Below the pieces are notes generated by a model that did no database searches, was not told where the DNA came from, and was given only the letters and a program-made list of their open reading frames with translations. The translations under genes and the position numbers were made by a program. Source: Octopus sinensis (lineage: Eukaryota). From it: DNA of 64,000 bases. The DNA is taken from NCBI RefSeq assembly GCF_006345805.1, contig NC_043009.1:34658001-34722000 (forward strand), given 5' to 3'. This document shows positions 40,190 to 53,160 of the stretch, one piece after another (positions within the stretch are counted from its first letter, which is position 1; each line of letters starts with the position of its first letter).

Positions 40190-40440
40190 TGAATGAATTA
40201 TCATTTGTTAACCATTAACTTGGAAAATTCAATGAACAGTTTTCAGGGTAGCAAAATTCACGCAAGTAACACGGATGAAGCGACATATTTAAAGGTAGAA
40301 ACTCCGGGTTAATGTTCAGTAATTTGTGAAGTATAAGTAAATAAATGGAGTTGAACGATGTTATTAATATTCTTTTACTTCACCATAATATGGTTTTACT
40401 CCTGAACATCTTCGTTCAACTCCATTTATTTACTTTTATA
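40190..40440. repeat. Family H copy with a short internal inverted repeat (about 40335-40358 and 40412-40435)
   Basis: CAGGGTAGCAAAA..AAAGGTAGAA is shared with the 12800 region. Confidence 0.65.
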
Positions 40441-40508
40441 TATATATATATATATTATATATATTATATATATATATATATATATAATATATATATAATA
40501 TATATATA

Positions 40509-40556
<48 letters not shown>

Positions 40557-40624
40557 CAAACTAAGGTTATAGAACAAACAAATGCAAGGTCATCCGCATA
40601 ACATTTCATAATTCGAACATTTAA

Positions 40625-40873
40625 TCATAGAATATACATATAAACATCCCGCAAGATGGAACATAATTCATCTGTACAAGCATATAAGCATATAATAAGG
40701 TGCGAGAAAAAAGTTCATCACGGTTTAGAGTTAATACTTTAGCGATTCAGAAAAATACATTTTTTTTAAAAAAACATTACAACACCTAGAAAGTAAAAAT
40801 ATAATATAAAGTAATATATAAAAAATATATATATATATAATATATATATAATATATTATATATATATATATAT

Positions 40874-40928
<55 letters not shown>

Positions 40929-41363
40929 AAGCATGTAAAAAATATATAATATATATCATGTAAATAAAATAAAAGTTCATCGTTTAGAAATCTTATAAAA
41001 TTATTATTCAAGTAAGAGAAGCCTTATAGTAAAAATATTTACATAATCCCTATGGCCATTTCAGGGGTGTATTATTATGTTTAAAGCACTAGGGTGCATC
41101 AAGATAATACCTCCTTCGTCAGGGGAAAAATACAGAAAGACAGACATCATCGCGTACCAGGCTAGCACAATGTTGTGTGCTTTCCTATTGAAGCATTTTT
41201 TTTTCTTTTGGGCTTATCCGAGCATGAAATGTATTTTTCTGAATCGCTAAAGTATTAACTCTAAACGGTGATGAACTTTTTCTCGCACCTTATTATATGC
41301 TTATATGCTTGTACAGATGAATTATGTTCCATCTTGCGGGATGTTTATATGTATATTCTATGA
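40625..41363. repeat. Near-perfect inverted repeat of about 137 bp (40625-40762 and 41227-41363) enclosing (TA)n and an HHR
   Basis: Arms differ by about 2 positions. Confidence 0.9.
41047..41126 (-). ncRNA. Type I hammerhead ribozyme with minimal palindromic stem III
   Basis: tccc-CTGACGA-agg..gtattat..ataatac..cct-GAAA-tggcc-ATA-ggga. Confidence 0.75.
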
Positions 41364-41564
41364 GAAATTTTATTAAATTGTTTCGCCACATCTAGCATCG
41401 ATTCCTCACGAGTGGGATGCTTAAATGTTTTAGGAGCATCCGGCAGTAAAGATGCGTCTCTTTGGGTGATACATAGATATATCTAGTTAAAATAACAGTT
41501 CTACAATGTTCCTTTTCATATCGTGTAAAGAAAGGCCGCAAAACAAAAGATATTTCTTCATTTA

Positions 41565-41730
41565 TATAGAAAATCAAAAATAAAATCAATTGCAGCGTGG
41601 AAGGTGTTTGTAAGCCATTTAAGAAACACACAAAAGCCGTTCGATTTACTTCAACATCTAAGTTTAATTTGTCAAAATATTTTCATCGCTATAAGACCGT
41701 GACCTGTTCACTGACAAAAATCCGTGCTAA
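41565..41730 (-). repeat. Family G single arm
   Basis: Matches 31658-31794. Confidence 0.8.
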
Positions 41731-41741
41731 AATATAGTAAA

Positions 41742-41970
41742 GGAGTGTAGCTTAGTGGTTAAGGTATTCGGCTCATGATCGTAAGGTCATGCGTTTGGTT
41801 TCAGGCATCACATTGTGTCCTTGAGCAAGACACTTTATCTCACGTTGTTCCAGTTCACTCAATTCGCAAAAGGGCCAGCCTCGTCACATTGTGTCAAGCT
41901 GAATCTCACTGAGATCTATGCTAAGAGTATGCGTGTTTGTGGAGTACTCAGCCAATTGCACGTTAATTTC
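41742..41970 (+). mobile_element. SINE with tRNA head, CORE-like domain and family B tail
   Basis: TAGCTTAGTGG and TTGTGTCCTTGAGCAAGACAC, then AAAGGGCCAGCC..GTTAATTTC as at 10250-10350. Confidence 0.75.
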
Positions 41971-41990
41971 CATATATATATATATACATA

Positions 41991-42152
41991 GGCGCAGGAG
42001 TGGCTGTTTGGTAAATAGATTGCTTACCAGCCACATGGTTCCGTGCTCAGACCCACTGCGTGGCATCTTGGGCATGTGTCTTCTACTATAGCCTCAGGCC
42101 GACCAAAGTCTTGTGTGTAGATTTGGTAGAGGGAAACTGAAAGAAGCCCGTC
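41991..42152 (+). mobile_element. SINE family A left module
   Basis: GGCGCAGGAGTGGCTG..AAGAAGCCCGTC. Confidence 0.85.
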
Positions 42153-42209
42153 TTTTATATGTATATCTAGATATATATGCATATATTTATCTTTGTAAGT
42201 GTATATATA

Positions 42210-43154
42210 TTTGGTGTCCTGTACACATATATGCGTGTATATGTACATGTAGAGGTAGGTACGTACATATATGTTTATATATATGCATATGTTCTATTTT
42301 ATTAACATATTATACGACTAAACGCACACACCCTATTAAGTAAGATTGTTCTGTTTATCAAGTTAGCCTTGATATTAACTCTCACGCGACTCTGCATCTT
42401 TCTTTCTTTCTCTCCCATTCCTTTTCGTCTTTTTTCCTCACTTAACTTGTCTCTTCCTCTCTCTCTCATTCTTCATTCTCTCTCTCCCTTTCACCATTCT
42501 TCATGGTCTCCTCGCACCATTCCCCTTCTTCTCTCTCTTCCTCTTGCTCCTCCTCCCCCATTCCCGTCGTCCATCTGCGACGATACTTCCGTCGTAACTG
42601 CTATCCTGTCTTTCTCGCCCGCCTTCTAAGGCTAATGGTCGACATTTTTTCTCTCTCGTCGTCCACTTTAATCCAGCGTTGCAATACTTTTTTCGTCTGG
42701 CGTAACAGCCCTTCTTATCTTGTTCTCCTTGTCCTGTCTCTCACTGTTATATATTATTTTTCCACTGTTTATATATATTTTTTACTGTTTATATGTTTGT
42801 ACTGTCGTTACCGTCTTGCTTTTTTTACCCCTCTGCGAAAAGATCTCAGAATTTTAATTGATTTGCTTTTCGCAGGAAGGAAGTTCTTTCGAAGTATACG
42901 TCTCGCTTTTATCCTTCGAAACGTTTAGTAGATGAAACCTTAGCGACTGAAGAAGGGGAATTTTCGTTGTGCTTATTGTCCTGTATCTCTCTTTTTTGCT
43001 GTCTTGTTCCTGGTTTGTGTCTATGTTTTTCGTCTCTCTATGTGTTCGACGTCTTTTGGTGTCCTGTACACATATATGCGTGTATATGTACATGTAGAGG
43101 TAGGTACGTACATATATGTTTATATATATGCATATGTTCTATTTTTTAACATAT
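42210..43154 (+). mobile_element. Family E non-coding element with direct terminal repeats of about 100 bp
   Basis: 42210-42310 is almost identical to 43055-43154; pyrimidine-rich interior; HHR-like boxes at 42885-42960. Confidence 0.7.
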
Positions 43155-43162
43155 ATATATAT

Positions 43163-43196
<34 letters not shown>

Positions 43197-44400
43197 CATT
43201 TAAGGACAGATTTACGGTTTAAAAGAAAACTTATATAATACCAGAAAAACTGTATTTTTATAAAAATAACATAAACAAAGCTAAATTATCAATTTAATAA
43301 TTTCATTCAATAAAATCGCCATCAATAACTGCCTCTACGCGGGGTCGAAATCGTTTACAAGCTCGGATTATGTGCTCCTTGTTCATATCGGACATGACTC
43401 GAAATATGGTGGTTTTCAAAGAATCGTTGTTGCTATAAGGGTGTTCATTGACATTTTTCTCAACGGTGCTACATACATAGCAGTCCAATGGATCGAGATC
43501 TGGAGAATTAGGTCAGATATTGGGGGGTAATGGTGTCATGTAAATTGCCGTCCAACCATTCTTGTGTCATTTGAGCCTTGTGTGTTGTAGAATTTTGTTG
43601 AAAGACATAAGGCCTTCCATTGCATACACTGTTGATATAAGGCTTAACATCTTTATCCAGAACCTTAATATACGTAGCAGCAATCATCCTAAGGCGTTGT
43701 GGAAAAAGGTGAAGAGGCAGCACATGTCCTTCATTGCTAAAAATAACCCAAACCATGACACTTGCAGGCAATTTTGTGTGCATTACTTTTGGAACCTCCG
43801 AAGGGCCTGCACATAGTCATCTGTCATTTCTCCTGTCAGTTTTTTATTCCTGGTCAAAATTTTTCTCATCTGAGAAAAACCAAACCACACCATCTTTTGA
43901 TGGACTTTTATGCTTGCTCATAAGTGTTTGGATCTGATTAAACGGTTTTCTTTTGTTTGTGTCTGACATGAATTGACCTCTCCTCCTCAAGTGAGATGCC
44001 TTCATGCACAATATTTCTGATCGTCTTTTCTGGTACACAAAATTCTTTAGCAGTTGACCTCATTGATTTTCGTGGATTGTCTTCAATGTTTCGCTTAACT
44101 TCCTGAATAAATTTAGGTGTCCTGAGGAAATCAGAGCGTTTGGAATGTGTGTTTACATTTTGATACAGGTATTACGTTTCCATCTTTCTCTAACTCACAC
44201 CAAATCTTGTGGACAAAAGATCTAGCAAATTTCTAAATCGCCATACTTAGCCTTCAAAGCCACAATCAGCATGCCTTTTCATTTTATCAGTAAGCATAGG
44301 GCATGTCATTGTTATTTTCTGAAATAGAAGCTCAATAAAAATTAGTCAAATTAAATAATGACTAAAACTGCATGTGTCCTCAAATATCGTCCGTACCCTG
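43197..44400 (-). mobile_element. maT/mori-like (DD37D) transposon, decayed
   Basis: WFFSDEKNF, SVMVW..SNEG, YVFQQ, NSPDLDPLDCYV and ACKRFRPRVEAVI; end CCGTACCCTG followed by TA. Confidence 0.85.
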
Positions 44401-46011
44401 TATATATATATATATGCTTGTTGGACAAAGTCAATCTCGGTAGAAACAGAACTCAGAACGCAAAGAGCCGAAACTATATTTTACTCCAAGATTTTTCCTG
44501 AAGCTTTACCGAACCTGCAAGGCAATCAACCAAAGCAATAAACAAAATCTTCCATAGTTTATAAACAGCAAATACGGTATGGGGTGTAAAATGTTTTCTT
44601 CATACTTGAAATGCACCGAGTATTTTTTTATTATTATTATATTGAAGCTTACATAATGTTCAAGTTAATTTCAAGTGTATATTATATTCAGACTATATAT
44701 CTGTTTATAGAAGTCTTGTACTTCTATTCCTTTATTCCCTCCATTAATATTGTTTAAAATAATCTTAATAAAGCAAACAGCATTACGTTGTTACTAATTT
44801 ATATATATATATGTTTCATTTCGTAAACATTTTTAATCGTAATATTCATATTTAAAACATTTCCAAGATTTATATTCTATAATATTTATTTATTTGATTA
44901 TGTTAAAATAATCAAGAGCTTTGAAGACATTTACTTAAGAAAACTTCAAGTGTTTATTCGAAATTCTTTAATTTCCTGTTTTAGAATTGTACGATGTTTG
45001 GAAAAAAGACTTGCAGAGATCTACAAACAAATTAATTTTCCACATTTAACCATTTATAATGGGAACATATTTTTGAGATTTAAAGTTTGTTATAGATGTT
45101 GTTGTTAATGTGCTTTTAGTCCTCGAAAAACTCAGATGATATTATAGTTGTAATCATCAAGTCTGTTTTTAAGGCACATTTTATGTCTTAAAAAAATATT
45201 TTTTTAATAAAACTATTGGGTGTAACTTGAGAGTGGTCTGGTCGTTATTTTTAGAAGGCTGAATGACCACGTAGAAGCATTACGATGAATCGAGAGAAAG
45301 AGGTAAATTGTGTGGACGAATTTTCTACAGGATATAAGCGAGGCAAATGAAATTTAAAAATAAGTACTCTGACAGGGACTCGAAACAGGTTTGCATATTT
45401 CACATTTTGGGAGATCGATTCGTTGTATACCACTTAACCAGCATCACTGCCCAGACATAGGACCAGTGGCATATATATCTATACTACTTAACTGATATTA
45501 TTTCCCAGACACATGAGCAGCGCCATCGCCATCGCCATCGCCATCACCATGTATGTAAAGCAATCTCAATTGGGTTTGTAAACCAGCTGTTATTGCACAG
45601 TAGGAATTTACTGGTTTCAAGAACTGTCATTTTTGATGATTAGTAAGTGAAGTTGTACCTATGTTAAAAAAATATTAATTCAGTCAACAAAGACCCTTTT
45701 AGTCAATCCATTCGATAAAAGCAGCTGTGAAATCGCCCTCAAATTGTATCGTTAGAAAAATAAATATTAAATAATATAGGCGTGAATGAATTATTCTTGA
45801 AAAATAAAAGGAGTGGAACAGGGTTTGATTTTCTTGTGCAGTACCTTGGCCATGTAACTTGTACCGTGGTCTTATGTTATCCATAGCATTGCAAATGCAA
45901 TGTCATAGAAAGAAACAGTACAAAAGCTTATCGGAAGAACCGCTCCTGTTTTAATGGGCGACACTTAAAGAAACGATCGATTAGTTTAGTTGGTTAGATA
46001 TTCAACCAACT

Positions 46012-46095
46012 AAGGCGGCGAGTTGGCAGAAACGTTAGTACGCCGGGCGAAATGCTTAGCAGCATTTCGTCTATCTTTACTTCTGAGTTCAAATT
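46012..46095 (+). mobile_element. SINE family C head
   Basis: AAGGCGGCGAGTTGGCAGAA..GAGTTCAAATT; reverse complement of about 58050-58135. Confidence 0.8.
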
Positions 46096-47004
46096 GCTAT
46101 ATCCTCGAATTGTCGTAGCTTTCAGATAAAGCCATCCTCCCTGGTTGGGCGGACAAGCCAAGATGACCTCTTCTGTTTAGATAGCTTTCAAGTTCTAGTA
46201 AATACAGCGTGCCATTATCATGGATTTCGAAATTTAATTTTCGTGGGGTGGACTGTGTGTGCTGAATGCTGTACGTTCTTAATGTTTTGACATTTTCTAG
46301 CAGTTAAAGAAAAGATAATCACGAATGTTTTTGTATATAACTGGTGTTGTGAATTATGAATTACAGAGCACTCAATACATGATATTGAAGAAGATATTAC
46401 ATGTTTAATGCACAATATATAATGAGCCATTTTCACTTGATGTCTGATATTACATTGTTCTTAATACTATTTGAAAACAAAATATATCTCTGGCTTCCTG
46501 GCATTCAGCAGATAGGGAATAACGAAACGCTGCAGAAAATCCAGTTAATTGTACGAAAAATTCTCCGAAAATATTACCCATATTTCACGAGCTCATTAAA
46601 TAAAAAAAAGCCTTGAGTTACAGGTTCTGCTATCGAACGCGAAGAAATATTGGATTAAATCGTCTAACATGCAAAGCAATAGAGAACATTGATAAATTTT
46701 GCTCTTATGTATGGCCTATATTTTATTAATGAGGTATTTAATGATTGGATGCCTTTCCTATCACCAGCTACTTCACAGACTGATTTGAACACAAGAACTA
46801 TCTATAGCTCTTGACACGTAATATTTCCCCTGTTGGCTGGCGCCTCTATGTAATGCAAACTTTTTTAGTAGTACAGGGAAGAAAATTCATTGAAAATTCG
46901 TTAGAAAAAAATAAAACCTTAAAACGACATATTATTTAAGTGTGGAATGATTTATATTTTCAGTTCCCTATTATATATCTAATTTGTGAGCGCGTAACTG
47001 AGTG

Positions 47005-47310
47005 TTGTTTTTGTTGTGTGGTTCCTTCTCGAGCCATGCCTGGCTCATAAGGGCCGGTTTTCCCGGTTTCATTGACGTATAGGTTCCCCACCTGGACGGG
47101 ATGCCGGTCCGTCTCAGGTGAGCTACTAGATGCAGGAGGAAAGAGTGAGAGAGAGTTGTAGCGAAAGAGTCAATAGAAGTTCGCCATTACCTTCTGCCGG
47201 GGCCGCGTGGAGCTTAGGTGTTTCGCTCATAAACACACACACCGCCCGGTCTGAAATTCGAACCCGCGATCCCTCGACCGCTGCTCTAACCACTAGGCCA
47301 TGTGCCTCTA
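47005..47310 (-). mobile_element. SINE with a family B-like head and a different 3' tail; 14-bp TSD with one mismatch
   Basis: TSD CGCGWAACTGAGTG at 46991-47004 and 47311-47324. Confidence 0.85.
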
Positions 47311-49429
47311 CGCGAAACTGAGTGATTTATATTATTTAGTTTTGCTTCTTTAAGTTTTGAGATCAAAGCCCTGCTTAGATCGATTTATCATTAATCGACC
47401 CCTCCGCCATTATTAGGTGAAGGAGTTGATAAAATAATTAATTACTAGCTATATAGTGAAAGATATTACATTGATTACATAAATTTCAATTAAAATTGCT
47501 TCTAAAAGAAGAGCGTCTTGGGTTCAGAGAAAAGTTTTTAAATTCAATTTCGAAATGTAAATGTTAAGAAAACATACAATTGAAGATTTTTTTTAGACAA
47601 TATCTTCACTCTGTGGTAAAAAATATTTCAGAAGTTATTTGTTGAGTCGGCTTATTTCTCTGATAAATGGTTTCCTGTATAACATTTTGAAGCTATTAAA
47701 TGTTCAAAATTGATTATTGAACGAAATAAAAAAAAAAAGTAAAATACAAAGTAAGGAAGTGAGGGAAAAAGTGGGTGCTAGCTTGAAAGGAAAATAGAGG
47801 GGACGGATTTTTGTAGTTCTTTAATTTTGAATCTGAAGTTTTAAATGCAATTTCTCATCAGCAAAAAAATTAACGTATAGAATATTGGTTTCTTTTATAC
47901 AAAATTGAACTACATTTTAAGGGGAAGTTTGTGACATTACTGGCTTTCGAATAAAAGGAACATTAACCTTATATAACAAGCGAAAGAAGTAGACAGCCTC
48001 GGAGAGCTGGAAATCTACTTCTTGTTTGTTGATGTTCGCTACTCATACTTAATTGGGAAATGGAAACACTTTATACAGGTGCGGCGTATTCAATTGGCTC
48101 AATCAAATTATATTACTGGTAAACATTTTATTGACTTCTGAGAAATTAGAGTGGATGACCGTCGCTGGAAAGCCTTTGATTAGCTGGAAAGCCTCTGTTT
48201 AGTCAGAGCTGATTTGGACCTAAAGAACAAATGTCGTTGCTACCGCCACCAGCGTTTTTGTTAACAAGGCTGTTGGTCAAAAGGCAAAAATCTTTATATT
48301 ATGCAAACTAAATTTGTACGAATAAGATAAAGACGTGAAACATTTTCTTATATTCACTATAAACACACGTGCATTTGTGGTGAATAAGAAGTACCTGCCA
48401 TAAGGAATTTCATGATAAACTCACGTATCATTCAACTACAATAGTACTTGAATAGTATTAAGGCCGCAATTTACTCGCTCGCAGCATCTTCAGAGCTTTG
48501 TCGTTAATTTAGTTCTTAACCAAATTAAAAACTATTTATATTTCTGAAGAGGGTTGGTCCCTAGCTACATTTTGGCATAAAAAATTGAGATTTGGCCTAG
48601 TAGAGAAAAGTTTACATGAAAATTTGTAACAATGTTATAAGACGTTATAAGAGTAAGTAACGCCTCCAATCAAGGTTAGATCGAAATAACTTTTTATTTT
48701 AAAAGCGAAGTATATTTATCTTAGCTTCAATGATAGAAGAATGCATGAAGAATTTCATAGTTTTGATCCCATACAACAAAAATTTGTATAAAAGATGTTG
48801 TGAGGTAAAATATCATGAAAAATATATAACTAAGGCAAAACATTGGATTTCAGTATAATTAAGTCTTATTTTAAAAACAAACTATATTTTAGTTAAGCTT
48901 AAATGATAACTCAATCCAAAGAATTTCATGGTATCAGTCTTTCGCAATTAAGTTTTAAAAGAAAAAAGTTATGAATATTTGTTTCTCAAATTTGAGTGTG
49001 ATAATAATGCTCTATACATTTTTATGAATATAATTCTATAAAGGACTTTTGATATGTTACCGTTATCATTGAGGTAAGGAAATAATTATCAATGACAACG
49101 CTAATTTGCAATTAGTTTAATTACGTAATCTGTATTAATTAATACAATTATATCATAAAAATGAAAAAAAATTGAAATATTATTTAGAAATTTTGTCAAT
49201 AGCCTAGCCATTTTGGCAATCTTTCGTTTTAACTCGATGGCGTTCGTTTTAACTTACGGCGTTCGATAAATTCCGGAACAAAATTTTATCTAATTATTTT
49301 TATGTGTGAAGATGTACATTTTATTTGAAGTCAGCATAAAGTGAAAAAGAGAGGAAATGGACATGAACGTGTGTATGTGTTGATGGAGGGTACGACGTGC
49401 GTATGTGTTGTGTGTGTATGTGTGTGTGT

Positions 49430-49853
49430 GAGAAAGAGGGGGAGTGGCAGCGTATACTTATAAATTTATTTTTTGTCGCACCTTTTTTCAGTGAATGTGT
49501 GAGTGATTGACTGAGAGAGAGAGAGAGGGGGGGGAGAGTGATAGCGTAAATTTTACATAGCTACTTATACACACATGCAAAACAATTCTGATGAGAACAC
49601 ACACCTTCACTCAGTGGCTAACCTTTTCTCTCTTCCTCATGCGCACACATAAAAATACATGTATACATATGTATTAATGCATGTACGTGTATACAACAAA
49701 TAATGGGTACACGTATGTGTTTGTGTGCGTGTGTGACTGACCCTAGCCATTTTACACATACATGACAACACCTCCCTCTCTCTGTCAGTCAATCACTCAC
49801 ACACTCACTGAAAAAGATGCGAGAAAAACCAAATAAAGTACGCTATCATTCTT

Positions 49854-49888
<35 letters not shown>

Positions 49889-50030
49889 GCAAGACCCACC
49901 TCGCTCTCTTTTTCTGACAACACACCTCTCTCTATCTCAGCCAATCCCTCACTCACTCAAAAATGATCCAAGGAAAAATAAATAAAAAAATGTACGCTGT
50001 TACACTCCCTCTCCCCCTCTCTCTCTCACA
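49430..50030. repeat. Unclassified repeat with one inverted and two direct copies of a 90-100 bp unit
   Basis: 49430-49550 is inverted relative to 49770-49860 and 49925-50030. Confidence 0.65.
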
Positions 50031-50214
50031 CACACACGCACGCACGCACGTATACGCAAACACACACACACAACACACACTTTAAATTTATTATTCAATT
50101 TTCAATAAGGTGAAGTCTTAAATTATCAATTGATAATTTTATCATCAATTTTGCCACATTATGTTGGCAACAAGCCATCCTTTTATTATTATCATTATTA
50201 TTGGGAACAATGTT

Positions 50215-50388
50215 TCGCAGCATGTCGCCCGTCTTCACGTTCTGAGTTCAAATTCTGTCGAGGTCGACTTTGCCTTTCATCATTTCGGGGTTGATTAAAT
50301 AAGTACCAGTTACGCACTGGGGTCTATGTAATCGATTTAGTCTTCCCCACCCAAATTTGAGACCTTGTGCTTCTAGTAAAAAGAATTA
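50215..50388 (+). mobile_element. SINE family C
   Basis: GAGTTCAAATT..GCCTTTCATCATTTCGGGGTTGATTAAATAAGTACCAG. Confidence 0.85.
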
Positions 50389-50599
50389 TTACTATTACAT
50401 ATTTATATATCTACACCAATATTTGTATACTCACATTTCCGTATCTTATTACCAGCGACATTAGGGTTACTTTCTTCTTCTTCTTCTTCTTCTTCTTCTT
50501 CTTCTTCTTCTTCTCTTCTTCTTCTTCTTCTTCTTCTTCTTCTTCTTCCTCTCCTTCCTCATATCCCCATCTCCTACTTTTGCTTTTTCTTCTCCTAAC

Positions 50600-51348
50600 T
50601 ATATTTTTATCTGTTTTGGTATTGACATTGTGTTTGCCCTGTCCGTCTTTTCACAATTTTACTTTCATCTATGCCTTATGTTGCCTCTTGTTGCCTCTCC
50701 CTCCATCGTCACCCCTTCCTCGTTAATCCACCCTTACACATACCAACCCACTATCCCTATACATCCCATCTCCCATCCCCCATCCTTTAGAACCCACCCT
50801 TGCTCCCCCCACTCTTGCCTCCACCACATCCCAACACCACTATACTACACTACACACTACTACACCACACACCACCTTACCACACCACATCATACCACCT
50901 CGCACACACTAGCACTGACCACTTTCCAGCACTCACACCAGCGCACACACTAGCACTGACCACTTCCCAGCACCTACACTATCGCCCACACACCTACACA
51001 TGCACACACGCACACGTCAATGTCACCAGCCCCCTTTCACACGCACATACACGCTCTCACATACAACGCACGCGCACCTTCGATTTGGTATCACCACTAC
51101 TTTATTATCTGCCCTTCTTCCTAGCTCTCCTGTGTGACATCTCTGTCCGGCATTCGCCATGATGGATCGCTAGCCACTAAACCTTTTTCTATTTGCTCTC
51201 CCTGTTTATTTATGTGTTCTTTTCTGTGGACGAGCCTAGGCACGAAACGTAAAAGACTTTCTCACTTTCCAAGCGTTAAACTAATACATCTATTTGTTGT
51301 TTACACACCCGTCTTCGTCTTTTGTTTCTTTTGTAAATTCTCACTATA
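50600..51348 (+). repeat. Family I element with a C/A-rich body and CUGUGGA-core HHR-like motif at 51218-51256
   Basis: ttt-CTGTGGA-c-gagc ctag gcac-GAAAC-GTA-aaa; 41-bp internal tandem at 50901 and 50942. Confidence 0.7.
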
Positions 51349-51577
51349 TATATATTTTCTTGCTTGTTCATGTTTGGATTGACTATATATATATATATAT
51401 ATAAACGTACATAAATGTTTGCTTGTATATGCATATTTGCATTTGTACATTTATATATAAATATACATATTCATGCATATATCAGGTACACACCCACATA
51501 AACACAAATGTATATACACGTATGTATAAATTTACTTTTGCATTGTGTCTAAGGGTCATTATGCCAATATAAATTTA

Positions 51578-51623
<46 letters not shown>

Positions 51624-52849
51624 CATATACCCAAGTATATATACATACATATACCCAAGTATATATATGTATGTACATATACATACATACACACACATGT
51701 ATATATATACAGACACAAACACACACAAGTACATAAATTTAACTACAAATGCAGACACAGACACATACAAAAATATACACACGTACACATATATCAAATG
51801 TACCATAGCAAGCATACTTACCTCACACTATCAATTTATTCAATTAGCTGTGCATGTTGAATGAGCTGTATCGGATCGGATAAGTAACAGTCATTTTGAC
51901 GTCACTAAATCTATAGGGAATTCCTTTGAGTCGTAGTTTAGTTCAGCTTATTCACTTCGATTAACACCTGAAACGGTATCTGTTCGGTATTAAAATTAGA
52001 TCGTGTTACACTATTTAGGAATTCGACTTACAATCAGGTATTTGGTGTCTAGTTACTCCCCGAGGAATAGAATAGCAAAAATTGTTTCGAACGAAACTCT
52101 AGGAATCGTAATAGAAATTGACGTAGTTGTTATTGTCGTCGTCGTTGCAGCTGCTTCTGCTTGTATTGTTGATATTCTTATTGATATTTTTTGTTATTTT
52201 TGTTGTTGTTGTAAGTATTCTACGTACGAGAGTGAAGTACTGAATTAATAGATCTCTGAAGAAAACGTTTGCAGTATTTAGTTACATCCCTTTGCGTTTT
52301 GGGTCGACTTTGGTTTTCTTTCTTTGGAAGTCGATAAAATAATGTTCTGCCAATAAAGTTCTGAGATCGATTCAGATGACTACACCCAACCCATGCAAGA
52401 AAAAATGTGGCACTGGCCCAACGTACGAAATGGTTCTTACTATTTATATGATATACGCTTTGGGAAAAACAGCATGAATTAGATACATTTTAGAGAAAAT
52501 GCATAGAACTGTGGAAGGTTAACAAAAATGCTCATCGCAAAGTATTGAAGGTTAATAAGGATGATTCTAAGCAAGAATGTTCAATGCGAACAAGTGTGTT
52601 TAATGTAACCCAAATTAGGGAATGCTGTGTGAGAACGTCCTAACACTGTTTACAGAGTTTAGTATTTCTATATTCTTGAATATCCCTACGCCTGTCCATA
52701 TTGGTAACTTGTCAATGTTTTGATAGAAACAGTTGCAACAAATCGGTGGTGCTTGAATAAAACTCTGCATACATACACATATACATACATACACATATAC
52801 ATACATACACATATACATACATACATACATACGTACATACATACATACA

Positions 52850-53160
52850 TAAATGGTGGTTGTCTATTCCTTATGCAGAGTTTGACCACCTCCTACACCT
52901 CCACCTTAGAACCATCATGGCATCTGATGTGGCTTTTTAAACCAGACAATGTTCTGAAAAGACACCCATATCGATTGCACATCCGATTTGGACCACCAAG
53001 AGCTACAGATAAGTTCTGATCTTTGTGGATCTTAAAATGTCTTTTGAGGCCTCCGTTAGATTTGCAAACCTCCTGGCATACAATGCATTCAAAGGTATGC
53101 ACAGACATATAAGCAGAATAGTTGGTGGAGGTTCGTTTTCCATGGGTTCGCAAATGAGAC
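52850..53160 (-). mobile_element. 3' end of a probable RTE-clade LINE with C2H2-like fingers, within (TACA)n
   Basis: FECIVCQEVCKSNGGLKRH..H and C..F.TLSGLKSHIRCH, then a short UTR and (ATGT)n tail. Confidence 0.7.

Noticed and set aside
27671-47324. ACTGAGT near both TSD-bearing family B-type SINE insertion sites
   Set aside because: Only two sites, in different registers relative to the TSD; could be chance
48541-48575. CTGAAGA-GGG-N5-CCC, and similar half motifs near 23723, 49588, 29230 and 6020
   Set aside because: One catalytic box is missing or too decayed to support a hammerhead call
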